DNA of 45,356 nucleotides. Source: an uncultured Nitrosomonadaceae bacterium. Lineage in GTDB: Bacteria; Chloroflexota; Anaerolineae; Anaerolineales; UBA11858. Positions 36,225 through 45,356 of the stretch are shown one piece after another. A program made the position numbers and the translations under genes. Position 1 is the stretch's first letter. Every line of letters begins with the position of its first letter. The notes below the pieces were generated by a model that searched no databases, was not told the DNA's origin, and was given only the letters and a program-made list of their open reading frames with translations. The stretch covers positions 1 through 45,356 of the forward strand of contig CAXMRF010000005.1 of NCBI GenBank assembly GCA_964195965.1, in the 5' to 3' direction.

Positions 36225-37685
36225 TCAGGTGATACTTTCAGCTACTTCCTCTCCATAATCCAGCAAGGCACTCACCATTTCTTGGGTTCTCCCTTCAGAA
36301 TAAACACGCAAAACCGGTTCAGTACCTGAAGGCCTAATAAGCAGCCAAGAATCATCAGCCATGATATATTTTACGCCGTCAATCGTGAGCAGTTCCAAAA
36401 CTTTAACTCCCCCAATTTCCTCTGGTTGATTGTCGAGCAAAAATTGAACCATGCGTTTTTTCTCAATGGGGTATTTTAATCTCTGATCTTTTCTTTCATA
36501 ATAAGCAGGTCCGACATCATCCAGCAATTCATTAACCAATGTATTAAGTGATTTTCCATAGACGGCCACCATTTCGATTAGAAGCAGTCCCATCAGAACT
36601 CCATCACCTTCAGGAATATTTCCCTGGAAGGATATACCCCCGGATTCTTCACCCCCGATCAGGACATTCTCGCTAATCATATAATCCGCAATATGGTTAA
36701 AACCAACCGGGGTTTCATATACGGGCAAATCGTATTTGGCAGCCAGTCGGTCAATCATCCGGGTAGTCGAAACAGTTCTAACCGCAGGCCCTCTCAATCC
36801 GCGTTGTTCAACGAGATAACGTAATGCCAGCGACATGATTTTGTGAGGATCTACAAAGTTACCCCTTTCATCCATCGCTCCTATTCGATCCGCATCCCCA
36901 TCTAAAGCCAAGCCCAAATTACCCATACCGGTACAGATAGCTCCGGCAAGAGCGCCCAGTTGAGAACCAATTGGTTCGGGATGTGCGCCGCCAAATCCCG
37001 GATTCATCTCGCCGCGGATTTCTGTAACCTCACAGCCTGTGCCAGTTAGAATTCCCTTGATCATTCCCCGGCCGGAACCGTGCATCGAATCAACCACAAC
37101 ACGGGGAGGGTTGGCAGCGATGGCATCAAAATCAATCAAAGTTCTCAGATGTTGAAAATAGTCTGGCACCGGATTGAAATTGATGATTAGCTCCTTTTGA
37201 ACCGCTTCGTCCCATTCCATTAAATTTGGCCCCCGGCCTCTTTCTTGATTGTCATTTAAATAAATCTCAACCTGATGAGATTGATCAGGGGAAGCAGAGC
37301 AGCCATTGGCGGCCTTTAGCTTTACCCCATTGTAACGGGGAGCATTATGAGATGCCGTAATCACAACACCGGCAATAGCGTTAAGGTTTTTAACCGCATA
37401 GGATATAGATGGCGTTGATGAATCGGCCTGAGCCAAATAGACAGTATATCCGTTGGCAGCCATCACCCGGGCAACCTCCCTGGCAAACCTATCTGACAGG
37501 AATCGGGTATCAAAACCCACCACAATTCGATTTGGATCTGGATTAACATTTCCAGAACCATTACTATGCCAATGGCCGGAATGAATTGCATCCGCAATCG
37601 CCTGGGTTACCAGGCGGAGATTATGAAAAGTAAATGTATCTGAGATGACTGCTCGCCAGCCATCCGTGCCGAAATTAATAGGCAT
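36225..37685 (-). CDS. Phosphoglucomutase/phosphomannomutase family protein
   Basis: FGTDGWR, ITASHN, DGDADR, GGEESGG, RPSGTEP. Confidence 0.95.
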   Translation of the reverse strand: MPINFGTDGWRAVISDTFTFHNLRLVTQAIADAIHSGHWHSNGSGNVNPDPNRIVVGFDTRFLSDRFAREVARVMAANGYTVYLAQADSSTPSISYAVKNLNAIAGVVITASHNAPRYNGVKLKAANGCSASPDQSHQVEIYLNDNQERGRGPNLMEWDEAVQKELIINFNPVPDYFQHLRTLIDFDAIAANPPRVVVDSMHGSGRGMIKGILTGTGCEVTEIRGEMNPGFGGAHPEPIGSQLGALAGAICTGMGNLGLALDGDADRIGAMDERGNFVDPHKIMSLALRYLVEQRGLRGPAVRTVSTTRMIDRLAAKYDLPVYETPVGFNHIADYMISENVLIGGEESGGISFQGNIPEGDGVLMGLLLIEMVAVYGKSLNTLVNELLDDVGPAYYERKDQRLKYPIEKKRMVQFLLDNQPEEIGGVKVLELLTIDGVKYIMADDSWLLIRPSGTEPVLRVYSEGRTQEMVSALLDYGEEVAESIT

Positions 37686-37720
37686 ACTTCTTGCTCCTCT
37701 ATTTTGAGTAGTTAAACGTA

Positions 37721-37747
37721 CCCTATTTTATCATTGATAAAATAGGG
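37721..37747. promoter_or_regulatory. Perfect 13-1-13 palindrome in a divergent intergenic region
   Basis: CCCTATTTTATCA-T-TGATAAAATAGGG. Confidence 0.7.
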
Positions 37748-37854
37748 CGATAGGTTCTTGTATTCACCATGATCAGGTTATTCCATCCCAAAAGGGTTAG
37801 GGCAGAACGCCCTTTGCGTGTTTTGATGTGTTAAAATTACCTTGTAGATAAACT

Positions 37855-39492
37855 ATGGATTCCAAAGCAATTTTTTCCTTCCTGCATGACCATTTTCTCT
37901 TCAAATATCTGAGTGATGACGAACTCGCCCAGATATTGCCTCTATTTAACCCGATCTCCCTGGAAGAAGGCGAAGTCCTCTACCGGGCAGGCTTTCCAAG
38001 CAGGAATTTTTTCCTGGTTGTATCTGGAAAAGTTTTAATTAAGGATGAAACCCATCCAAAAATTCTGATCAATCCCCAGGGGCATTTTGGCGAACAAAAA
38101 TTGCACAAAAATGGCTTTCGGAAAGATACTGCCCTGGCGACAGAAAAAACCACCTTGCTGGCCGTAAATAAACGCGGCTTTTTGGCCATCCTATCAGCCC
38201 ATCCTTCAATCAAAACCAGGTTGTCTGCCATGAAAATGAGCGCAAACATCCTGCAAAAACACGAATTCCCCTGGATTGGCGATGAAGAGGTGGTTCGCTT
38301 CATTGACCGCAAACATATTAATGTACTTTATGTTCAATTGTTACTGCCGATCATTTTCCTGATTCTCTCTACTGTGGGCGCATTTCTTCTCGGTCTAAAT
38401 TTGGGTTTATTTTTAGCGATAACTATTTTTATCTCCAGTTTGTGGGGGATTTGGCTTTGGCTTGACTGGCTAAATGATTTTTACTTGGTCACCAGCGAAA
38501 GGGCAGCCTGGGTAGAAAAAGTGCTCTGGCTCCATGATCAGCGCCGGGAAGTACCACTCCAATCTATCCTGTCTGTGAATATCGCCTCCAACCAGATCCA
38601 GCGCATTTTTGGATATGGAGATGTCATTGTCCGAACTTACACCGGCAATATTCCCATGCGCAATACAGCCCACCCGGAGGTGCTGCTGGATTTAATCGCC
38701 GATGCCCAGGAAACTGCCAAATCCCGGGCCCAGGAAACGGAAAAATATAATATTAACGAGGTCATCCGCAGCCGTTTAGGGTTGGCTGGGGAATCCAATC
38801 CCATGGATGATGAAGAGGATTTTACTGATCTGCAAATGGAAGGCGGCCCCCTGCTCACGGAAACAATCACCCCGATTCAAGAGTTCTTGAATCTCTTTCG
38901 GGCCCGATATGAACTCAACGGAATTATTACCTATCGAAAACACATCTTTATTCTTTTTAAAAATTCCTGGTGGTTGTGGTTATTTTTCATTCTATTGTTA
39001 ATATCCTTTTTTGCTCGAATGGTCCATTTGATACCAATGCCATCCCTGTCCATTTTAGCAATCCTGCTAGGTATTAATGTTCTCGCCCTGGCTTATGCGT
39101 TTGCAGATTGGGCCAATGACCTATTCCAGATCACAGACAAACAAATCATTGACCTGGATCGAAAACCTTTTGGCAGGGAAACCAAACGATCGGCCCTATT
39201 GGAAAATATCCTGAGCCTGGATTACCAAAGAGAAAATATTATCCAAAGGATCTTTGATTATGGTACTGTTGCCATCAACGTTGGAGATATCCAGCTGGAT
39301 TTCGAATATGTCGCCCAACCCATATCCGTCCAAAATGAGATTTTTGAGCGCTATAATGCTGTAATTAAACAAAATGAACTTGCTGAATCAAGGCGTCGGC
39401 GGGACGATATGGTAGAATTTTTAGCGGCTTATCATGAAGAAAGTAATAACGATCCTACGCTGTTGGATGGTGAAGAAACCCAACAGCTTTAA
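37855..39492 (+). CDS. Membrane protein with a cyclic-nucleotide-binding domain and two bacterial PH (bPH_2-like) domains
   Basis: GEVLYRAG..FFLVVSGKV..GHFGE..RKDTA; two repeats W.ND.Y/F.VT/IT..R..L..I.S....QRIF.YG.V each preceded by TMs. Confidence 0.8.
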   Translation: MDSKAIFSFLHDHFLFKYLSDDELAQILPLFNPISLEEGEVLYRAGFPSRNFFLVVSGKVLIKDETHPKILINPQGHFGEQKLHKNGFRKDTALATEKTTLLAVNKRGFLAILSAHPSIKTRLSAMKMSANILQKHEFPWIGDEEVVRFIDRKHINVLYVQLLLPIIFLILSTVGAFLLGLNLGLFLAITIFISSLWGIWLWLDWLNDFYLVTSERAAWVEKVLWLHDQRREVPLQSILSVNIASNQIQRIFGYGDVIVRTYTGNIPMRNTAHPEVLLDLIADAQETAKSRAQETEKYNINEVIRSRLGLAGESNPMDDEEDFTDLQMEGGPLLTETITPIQEFLNLFRARYELNGIITYRKHIFILFKNSWWLWLFFILLLISFFARMVHLIPMPSLSILAILLGINVLALAYAFADWANDLFQITDKQIIDLDRKPFGRETKRSALLENILSLDYQRENIIQRIFDYGTVAINVGDIQLDFEYVAQPISVQNEIFERYNAVIKQNELAESRRRRDDMVEFLAAYHEESNNDPTLLDGEETQQL

Positions 39493-39512
39493 TTTATTGG
39501 AGTTTGTAAATA

Positions 39513-40013
39513 ATGCCTGCAAGAGATATTGTTTGTGTCCCCCATCCAGCACTGCGGAAAAAAGCAGTCAAAGTCACTGATTTTGGTCCTGATCTCCAGG
39601 ACTTTGTAGATGATATGATCATCACTTTGCGCGAGAATTTTGGCGCTGGTTTAGCTGCTCCACAGGTAAATGTATCCCAACAAGTTATCCTGGTGGAATA
39701 TGGCAGCGATGAAGATGAAAACATACCGCCAACTTTATATATAACCATTAATCCCAAAATCACTCGCTTTTCAAAGGATCTGGCAATCGGCGCGGAAGGC
39801 TGTTTATCCATCCCGGGGTTAATGGGTGAAATAGAAAGGCCGGAAGGAATCACGGTAGAAGGCCTGAATCGTTTTGGCAAACCTCTAAAAATGAAACTTA
39901 ATGGCTGGGTTGCCCGAATTTTCCAACACGAAATTGACCATCTCAATGGTATTCTTTTCACCGACCTGACAACCGAGGTCTGGGAAACTGATGAAAATTA
40001 CAATCCAGTCTGA
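39513..40013 (+). CDS. def: Peptide deformylase
   Basis: GAGLAAPQV, EGCLSIPG, QHEIDHLNG. Confidence 0.97.
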   Translation: MPARDIVCVPHPALRKKAVKVTDFGPDLQDFVDDMIITLRENFGAGLAAPQVNVSQQVILVEYGSDEDENIPPTLYITINPKITRFSKDLAIGAEGCLSIPGLMGEIERPEGITVEGLNRFGKPLKMKLNGWVARIFQHEIDHLNGILFTDLTTEVWETDENYNPV

Positions 40014-40018
40014 TCCAT

Positions 40019-41218
40019 ATGTTCCTCACTCACTTATCCCTTACAGATTTTCGAATATTCTCTCGCTTTGACCAGGATGTTCCGCGCAACGCAGTTATAC
40101 TGGTTGGCGGTAATGCTCAGGGAAAGACCAGTTTATTGGAAGCGGTCTATTATCTGTCTACCCTGGATTCCTTTCAAGCATCAAATTCAGCCGAATTAAT
40201 CAATTTTTCTGCTCTCCAAAAGGACCTGGCCGTTTGCAGAATTGTGGCGGATTTCCGAAAACAGGAAACTGATCATCATCTTGAAATCCGTCTTATCAAG
40301 GACACTTCCTCCAATGGAACTTCCAGTATTCGCAAGGAAGTTCTTCTAGATGGCACTCAATATAAAATCAATGCCGTAATCGGGAAGTTCAATGCCGTAT
40401 TATTTCTGCCCCACATGCTGCAGATAATTACCGGCTCTCCTATTCGTCGACGACATTATTTGAACCTGACCCTGGCTCAGGTGGATCCAAAATATACAGA
40501 ATCGCTTACAGAATACAATAAAGCCCTGGCTCAGCGGAATGCCTTGTTAAAACAGCTTAACGAACGAGCCGGAGATACGGATCAACTTTCCTTCTGGGAC
40601 GAGAAAATCACCCAGGCAGGATCCTATCTTATATACTCCCGCATCCAGGCCATCAAAGAGCTGGGATATGTATCCGCTTCGATCCATCAAGAACTTACCC
40701 GCGGTGAAGAAATACTGAGAATGAATTATTTACCTTCCTATGATCCAATAACTTCCCCACCCGGGCAAATAGAACTGCCGTTGGAGAATTCTCTTGATCG
40801 ATCCGGGTTGGGATTACAAGAAATCCAGAGCGGTTACAGAGAAAAATTGCTTTCCCGCCGATCGGATGATATTTTCCGGGGAGTGACTTCAATAGGACCG
40901 CATAGAGATGAATTGCGCTTTCTCAGCAACGGAATTGATTTAGGAAATTTTGGTTCCCGGGGGCAACTGCGAACAGCGCTGCTGTCCATCAAGCTGGCCG
41001 AGGTCAATTGGTTAAAAGACAAAAACGGAGATTGGCCGGTTTTATTGCTTGATGAAGTCCTGGCAGAATTGGATGATTATCGCAGGCAGGATTTATTGGA
41101 TCGTTTGGCAAAAACTGAACAATCTCTGTTAACAACGACCGATCTGGATTTATTTTCAGAGGATTTTAAGCAGTCGGCAACCCGTTGGACAATCAAAAGC
41201 GGAGAATTGGCAAATTGA
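40019..41218 (+). CDS. recF: DNA replication/repair protein RecF
   Basis: GGNAQGKTSLLEA, GSP..RR, QRNALLK, GPHRDEL, GSRGQ.R, LLLDEV.AELD. Confidence 0.96.
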   Translation: MFLTHLSLTDFRIFSRFDQDVPRNAVILVGGNAQGKTSLLEAVYYLSTLDSFQASNSAELINFSALQKDLAVCRIVADFRKQETDHHLEIRLIKDTSSNGTSSIRKEVLLDGTQYKINAVIGKFNAVLFLPHMLQIITGSPIRRRHYLNLTLAQVDPKYTESLTEYNKALAQRNALLKQLNERAGDTDQLSFWDEKITQAGSYLIYSRIQAIKELGYVSASIHQELTRGEEILRMNYLPSYDPITSPPGQIELPLENSLDRSGLGLQEIQSGYREKLLSRRSDDIFRGVTSIGPHRDELRFLSNGIDLGNFGSRGQLRTALLSIKLAEVNWLKDKNGDWPVLLLDEVLAELDDYRRQDLLDRLAKTEQSLLTTTDLDLFSEDFKQSATRWTIKSGELAN

Positions 41219-41929
41219 TCAGAGAGGTTTTTTACCGGGAACACCCACGCGGCGGGGATATTTCTCAGGGGTGGATGCTTTCTTTTCAATCGTAATTAAA
41301 TATCGATCTTCAGTCACACCTGGTAATTTTATCTGCCTCAGTTGTTGAATTTCTCCCCCCATTAAACTCACAGCCTGGCCTGCTTTTTGGGCTTCCAGGG
41401 GGCCCTGGTCACCCTTCATGGCCAGCATCTTTCCTCCAATTTTTACAAAAGGAAGCATGTATTCACTCAAGGTAGATAAATGGGCAACCGCCCTGGCAAC
41501 CGCCCAGTCAAAATTCTCGCGATAATGATTATCCCTGGCAAGACGCTCTACACGATCATGGACAACTTCAATTCCCTGGAGTTTTAATCGATCAATAATG
41601 TGCTGACAAAAGTTGGTTTTTTTATTCACAGAATCTACCAACAATACTTCTGTATCGGGCAAGAGAATCTTCAATGGGATGCCCGGGAAACCAGCCCCGG
41701 TTCCAATATCGATCAATTTATTTACTGTTGTATTTTTCATAACCAATAATGGGCTAAAAGAGTCCAGGAAATGCTTAATCCGGATTTTCTCAGGATCATG
41801 AATAGCTGTCAGGCTATAGCGATCATTCCACTTATCCAGCTCCTGTTCATATTCCATTAAAAGAGCAACCTGGTAGGGGCTGAGGGTTATCCCAATTAAT
41901 TCTTGTGTTTTCTTGATCAGTGTATCCAT
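41219..41929 (-). CDS. rsmG: 16S rRNA m7G527 methyltransferase
   Basis: WN...SLTAI, KHFLDS, DIGTGAGFPGIPL, ARAVA, YPRRVGVPGKKPL; start at ATG 41929. Confidence 0.95.
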   Translation of the reverse strand: MDTLIKKTQELIGITLSPYQVALLMEYEQELDKWNDRYSLTAIHDPEKIRIKHFLDSFSPLLVMKNTTVNKLIDIGTGAGFPGIPLKILLPDTEVLLVDSVNKKTNFCQHIIDRLKLQGIEVVHDRVERLARDNHYRENFDWAVARAVAHLSTLSEYMLPFVKIGGKMLAMKGDQGPLEAQKAGQAVSLMGGEIQQLRQIKLPGVTEDRYLITIEKKASTPEKYPRRVGVPGKKPL

Positions 41930-41980
41930 TTGAAGAGAATTATAAAGCAGACTACCAAAAAGGTAAGGCTTCCTTAGCTG

Positions 41981-42021
41981 AAAAAAAATCAGCCTGATAT
42001 CCAAGATGGACATCAGGCTGA
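41981..42021 (-). terminator. Intrinsic terminator after the DUF4349 gene
   Basis: Minus strand TCAGCCTGATGTCCA-TCT-TGGATATCAGGCTGA followed by T8. Confidence 0.88.
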
Positions 42022-42041
42022 GAATTTGGCAAATCTTAAGT

Positions 42042-42983
42042 TTATTTTTTAACTTTCAGCGCTTTTTTTTGCTCTTTTTTTTCTTTTCTTCGTGAGGAAT
42101 ATCCTTTCAGCCATTTCCATATCCAGCGAACAGGGAAGAAAAGGATCAGAACGACCGGTAGAATATACAGCACGATCCAAATAATCATATTAGCAAGTAC
42201 TTTCAGGGTATTGATCAAAGCCTGGATGGCTCTTTTGGCAACGCCTACTGGCTGCCAATTACCAATCTTCAAAGGCTGAACTGCTTCGTTTGCCTGAATG
42301 TTTACAGATATTGCAGATAAGGCAGCTGATTGTTCATAATATTTCATCTGGCCTTTGATCAATTCGATCTGTTCCTGAACTTCCACTAATCTGTTATAGA
42401 CGCTCAGGACATCCTCGGTTTGATAGGCTTGTTCCATGATCTCGGTCAATTGGTTTTCCGCTCTCTGCAGGTTTTTCAATCTGGATTCCAGATCTGTGTA
42501 TTCCTGGGTGATGTCCTGTCCGGAAACATTCTCGTTGAGAATTTCACCGGCACCAGATTTAATCGCTGCCAAGGCCTGATCCAATTTTTCTGCAGGAACC
42601 CGAATGGTAATGTTTGCCTGGGGAACTTCCAGGCCTCCATCTGTTTGGGTCCTATACAAATTTGATGAAACAACAAATCCGCCCAAGTCTGCGGCGAGTT
42701 TAGTAATGGCATCGATTGACTCACCAGGTTTTTCAACAACAATAGACAGGGAAGCATTCTTGATCACCATGCGAACCTGGGATACCTGGGTCTGCAATCC
42801 TTCTTCCGAGTAGGAAGTGGATGAGATCGCGTTGTCTTCTTCTCCGTAATAGGAATCTGATACACCTTTGGCCAGTGGACCGGCACTTTCCATCATTAAC
42901 TCTGGTTCAAATTGAGAAATGCCGCCGGCACAGGAAGTCAACAGGATGGCAATAAGGAACAGGATAATCAATTTTTTTCTCAT
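42042..42983 (-). CDS. DUF4349 domain lipoprotein
   Basis: Lipobox LLTSC; RMVIKNASLSI, GGFV, ITIRVP, QDITQEYTDLESRL, C-terminal TM; start at ATG 42983 after GAAGGAG. Confidence 0.85.
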   Translation of the reverse strand: MRKKLIILFLIAILLTSCAGGISQFEPELMMESAGPLAKGVSDSYYGEEDNAISSTSYSEEGLQTQVSQVRMVIKNASLSIVVEKPGESIDAITKLAADLGGFVVSSNLYRTQTDGGLEVPQANITIRVPAEKLDQALAAIKSGAGEILNENVSGQDITQEYTDLESRLKNLQRAENQLTEIMEQAYQTEDVLSVYNRLVEVQEQIELIKGQMKYYEQSAALSAISVNIQANEAVQPLKIGNWQPVGVAKRAIQALINTLKVLANMIIWIVLYILPVVLILFFPVRWIWKWLKGYSSRRKEKKEQKKALKVKK

Positions 42984-43047
42984 GATTAATTCTCCTTCTA
43001 CTAAGTTCATTTCATCCTAATGACGTCCAACCAGGCAATAAAGTTCC

Positions 43048-43776
43048 CTACCAGCCTAAATCCAGTCGCTGAATATATTCAATGGGAAGCCCTGCCTGGG
43101 TCATTCTCGCTTGAACTTCTGCAATATCATAGGGAACTCGGTGCTGTGTCCAGCTATGTTCTTCAGTATCATAAATCGTGAAGGCCGCCCGGGGATCATG
43201 ATCGCGGGGTTGTCCAACAGATCCCGGATTTACGATGCTATTCTCCGGCAGCTTAGTCGTATCCCCCGGATAAACAAAGGTGACGTTTGCCAGCTCTTTT
43301 CTGCCCTTTACATAATAGAGTACAGGGAGATGGGAGTGGCCAACAAAACAATAAGGTGTAGAAAAGTACTCAAAATTTGCAGTTGCCGTATATACGTCCA
43401 TGATATATTCCCAGACCGGGTCTCTCGGACTGGCATGGACCAGGGTAACCTGATCTACTTCTGCCTGAGGAGATAAACTCTGCAGATATTGGCGGTGAAC
43501 AGGATTGAGCTGATCAGTTGTCCACTCAAGAACTACCTGGGCGGAGAGATTGAATTTTCCTTTTTCTGTTAATCCAATCACGGCACTATCATGATTTCCA
43601 CGCAAGCAAATCAAATTAGGAAGGTCCCTGATAATAGATATACAATCATTGGGATCAGGACCATATCCAATAATATCTCCCAGACACCAAATTGCTCCTA
43701 CCGATCCGGCGGCTTCAAGTACAGCCTCCAGGGCGGTGCGATTGCTATGAATGTCAGACATAACTAATACTTTCAT
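43048..43776 (-). CDS. Metallophosphoesterase (calcineurin-like)
   Basis: SDIHSN, GDIIGYG, GNHD, HASP, GHSH, NPGSVGQPRD. Confidence 0.92.
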   Translation of the reverse strand: MKVLVMSDIHSNRTALEAVLEAAGSVGAIWCLGDIIGYGPDPNDCISIIRDLPNLICLRGNHDSAVIGLTEKGKFNLSAQVVLEWTTDQLNPVHRQYLQSLSPQAEVDQVTLVHASPRDPVWEYIMDVYTATANFEYFSTPYCFVGHSHLPVLYYVKGRKELANVTFVYPGDTTKLPENSIVNPGSVGQPRDHDPRAAFTIYDTEEHSWTQHRVPYDIAEVQARMTQAGLPIEYIQRLDLGW

Positions 43777-43974
43777 TTAAGGTCTAGCCTTTCTGCCACA
43801 CATCACTTCCTTTCAGGCAACTGTAATTTTCATTATCATACTGGAAACCATGGTTCCAGTAAAGCATATTCTTCCTTATTTATTGAATTTAAGACAATTT
43901 TGCAGGTTGGCGTATTCACTATAACCGAATCATGACTGATTTTCTGGCAAAATAAGGAAAATAACCAGAGGAAT

Positions 43975-43990
43975 TGGCACTTTTCTTGCA
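43975..43990 (+). promoter_or_regulatory. Sigma54 (-24/-12) promoter
   Basis: TGGCAC-ttttc-TTGCA, exact consensus spacing, 67 nt upstream of ATG 44058. Confidence 0.65.
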
Positions 43991-44057
43991 ATTTAAAACT
44001 AATAGGAAATTAAAGGGGCTATCTTTCCCTACTTAAAGGTAAAATGTACCCAGTATT

Positions 44058-45356
44058 ATGGCAACTTCACGAGGAATCTTACTAGTGTTTTTTGGTCTGT
44101 TAATCAGCGCTTGTACAAAACAAGCGCATACAGCGCCGTATATAAACTTCTCCAATGTGGGAGTCAATCAGGATACAGATCCAACTCTGGATCCTTACAT
44201 CCCTCCCACCCGGATGCCTGATCAGCCCATCTTGACACCTACACCAAGTCCTCCTAAACCTCTGCCCACTTTACGCACTGAGGATCTCTACTATGCTGTC
44301 CAATGGGGCGATACAGTGAAATCAATTGCCTATAAATTTAACCTGCAGGCACAGCAAATCATTGAAGTCAACCAAATAACCGACCCCGGTTTAATTTATA
44401 CCGGGCAGCTCTTGCTTCTACCAGCGCCAAAAATCGGTGAGCTGGGACCAGGTTATAAAATCATTCCTGACTCGGAGCTTGTCCGGGGTCCATATACTGT
44501 GCGGTTTCAAATTGAAGCTTATATTAACAATCAATCTGGCTATCTGAGGGAATATGATGAGGAAGTTGACGGCGACCTCCAGACCGGCGCAGAAATCGTT
44601 TCCAGGGTTTCCCAGGATTATTCGGTAAATCCCCGTTTGCTGTTGGCAATTATCGAACATCAAACTCAATGGCTTACCGGACACAACAACAAAGAAAATC
44701 CTTATCCACTTGATTATATGGAAGTTGGGTATGAGGGTTTGTACAGACAATTAGCCTGGGCTGCAGATGAGCTTAATCGGGGATATTATCTTTGGAAAGT
44801 AAAGGGAATTGGAGCCTGGGCCTGCCAGGACGGGATAAACGTTCCAATTAATCCCACGATAAATGCCGGATCTGCTGGTGTCCAGCAGCTATTTTCCCGT
44901 TTACTGCCCTACCGGAAATGGCTCAGCGCTGTAACAGAAGAAGGTTTTGTCACCACATATACAAACCTTTTTGGATACCCTTTTGATTTTAATTACACAC
45001 CCCTGGTCCCTCATGATATTGTCCAACCCATTCTTCAGCTGCCATTTGAGGATGGTGTCCCCTGGTTGTTTACCGGTGGACCTCACGGTGGATGGGATAC
45101 CGGATCTGCCTGGGCAGCCATTGATTTTGCGCCAGCTGAAAAAGGTGTCGGATGCAGTAATAGCGATGATTGGGTTGTAGCAGTTGCCGATGGTCCTATT
45201 GTCAGGTCTGATCATGGCGCTGTGATGCAAAGTATTGATGGAGATTTCTACGATCAAACCGGCTGGGCGATTCTCTATATGCATATAGAAACCAGGGATC
45301 GGGTCGAGCTAGGCTCCCGGCTGGAAGCGGGCGACCGAATCGGTCATCCTTCCTGT
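44058..45356 (+). CDS. LysM plus M23 (LasA-like) peptidase lipoprotein, partial (runs off window end)
   Basis: Not in the ORF track because there is no stop; MATSRGILLVFFGLLISAC lipobox, PT linker, LysM YAVQWGDTVKSIA..NQI.DP..IYTGQ.L, YSVNPRLLLAIIE, GGPHGGW..AAIDF, YMHI, GDRIGHPSC. Confidence 0.88.
   Translation, partial: MATSRGILLVFFGLLISACTKQAHTAPYINFSNVGVNQDTDPTLDPYIPPTRMPDQPILTPTPSPPKPLPTLRTEDLYYAVQWGDTVKSIAYKFNLQAQQIIEVNQITDPGLIYTGQLLLLPAPKIGELGPGYKIIPDSELVRGPYTVRFQIEAYINNQSGYLREYDEEVDGDLQTGAEIVSRVSQDYSVNPRLLLAIIEHQTQWLTGHNNKENPYPLDYMEVGYEGLYRQLAWAADELNRGYYLWKVKGIGAWACQDGINVPINPTINAGSAGVQQLFSRLLPYRKWLSAVTEEGFVTTYTNLFGYPFDFNYTPLVPHDIVQPILQLPFEDGVPWLFTGGPHGGWDTGSAWAAIDFAPAEKGVGCSNSDDWVVAVADGPIVRSDHGAVMQSIDGDFYDQTGWAILYMHIETRDRVELGSRLEAGDRIGHPSC

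Noticed and set aside
41930-42013. N-terminal extension of rsmG in the ORF track
   Set aside because: It runs through the upstream terminator and the -10 element; homology starts near ATG 41929
44418-45284. ORF-track calls at 44418-44750, 44901-45284 and 44947-45180
   Set aside because: They are shadows of the real + strand LysM/M23 CDS from 44058 that lacks a stop in the window
1-45356. CRISPR arrays, tRNA/rRNA genes, IS elements, prophage
   Set aside because: No regularly spaced repeats, cloverleafs, or transposase/integrase/phage motifs were seen, and intergenic gaps are short and mostly accounted for

Overview
A gene-dense 45 kb stretch of core bacterial chromosome. Gene content and protein style suggest Chloroflexota, probably Anaerolineae (inference). 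It holds about 40 CDS: housekeeping genes (purine nucleoside phosphorylase, ltaE, rluD-type synthase, lspA, lgt, ftsK, ileS, tyrS, def, recF, rsmG, phosphohexomutase, kynU), a DtxR-controlled split FeoB locus, and an 8-gene uncharacterised membrane operon (27.7-36.1 kb) built around a GlmL-like actin-fold ATPase with no glutamate mutase nearby. I saw no rRNA, tRNA, CRISPR array or mobile element. Highlights: (1) an unannotated, apparently leaderless 16-codon uORF with tandem Tyr codons plus mutually exclusive hairpins upstream of tyrS, a candidate ribosome-mediated Tyr attenuator next to a T-box-controlled ileS; (2) the orphan GlmL/DUF6754-type envelope operon, with a zinc-ribbon/acidic-repeat scaffold and a doubly anchored LPDTG protein; (3) an IleRS2 with the swapped GVHH signature linked to mupirocin hyper-resistance; (4) a consensus sigma54 promoter with a candidate enhancer palindrome upstream of a LysM/M23 lipoprotein. 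All family assignments come from motif recognition by eye, not from database searches.
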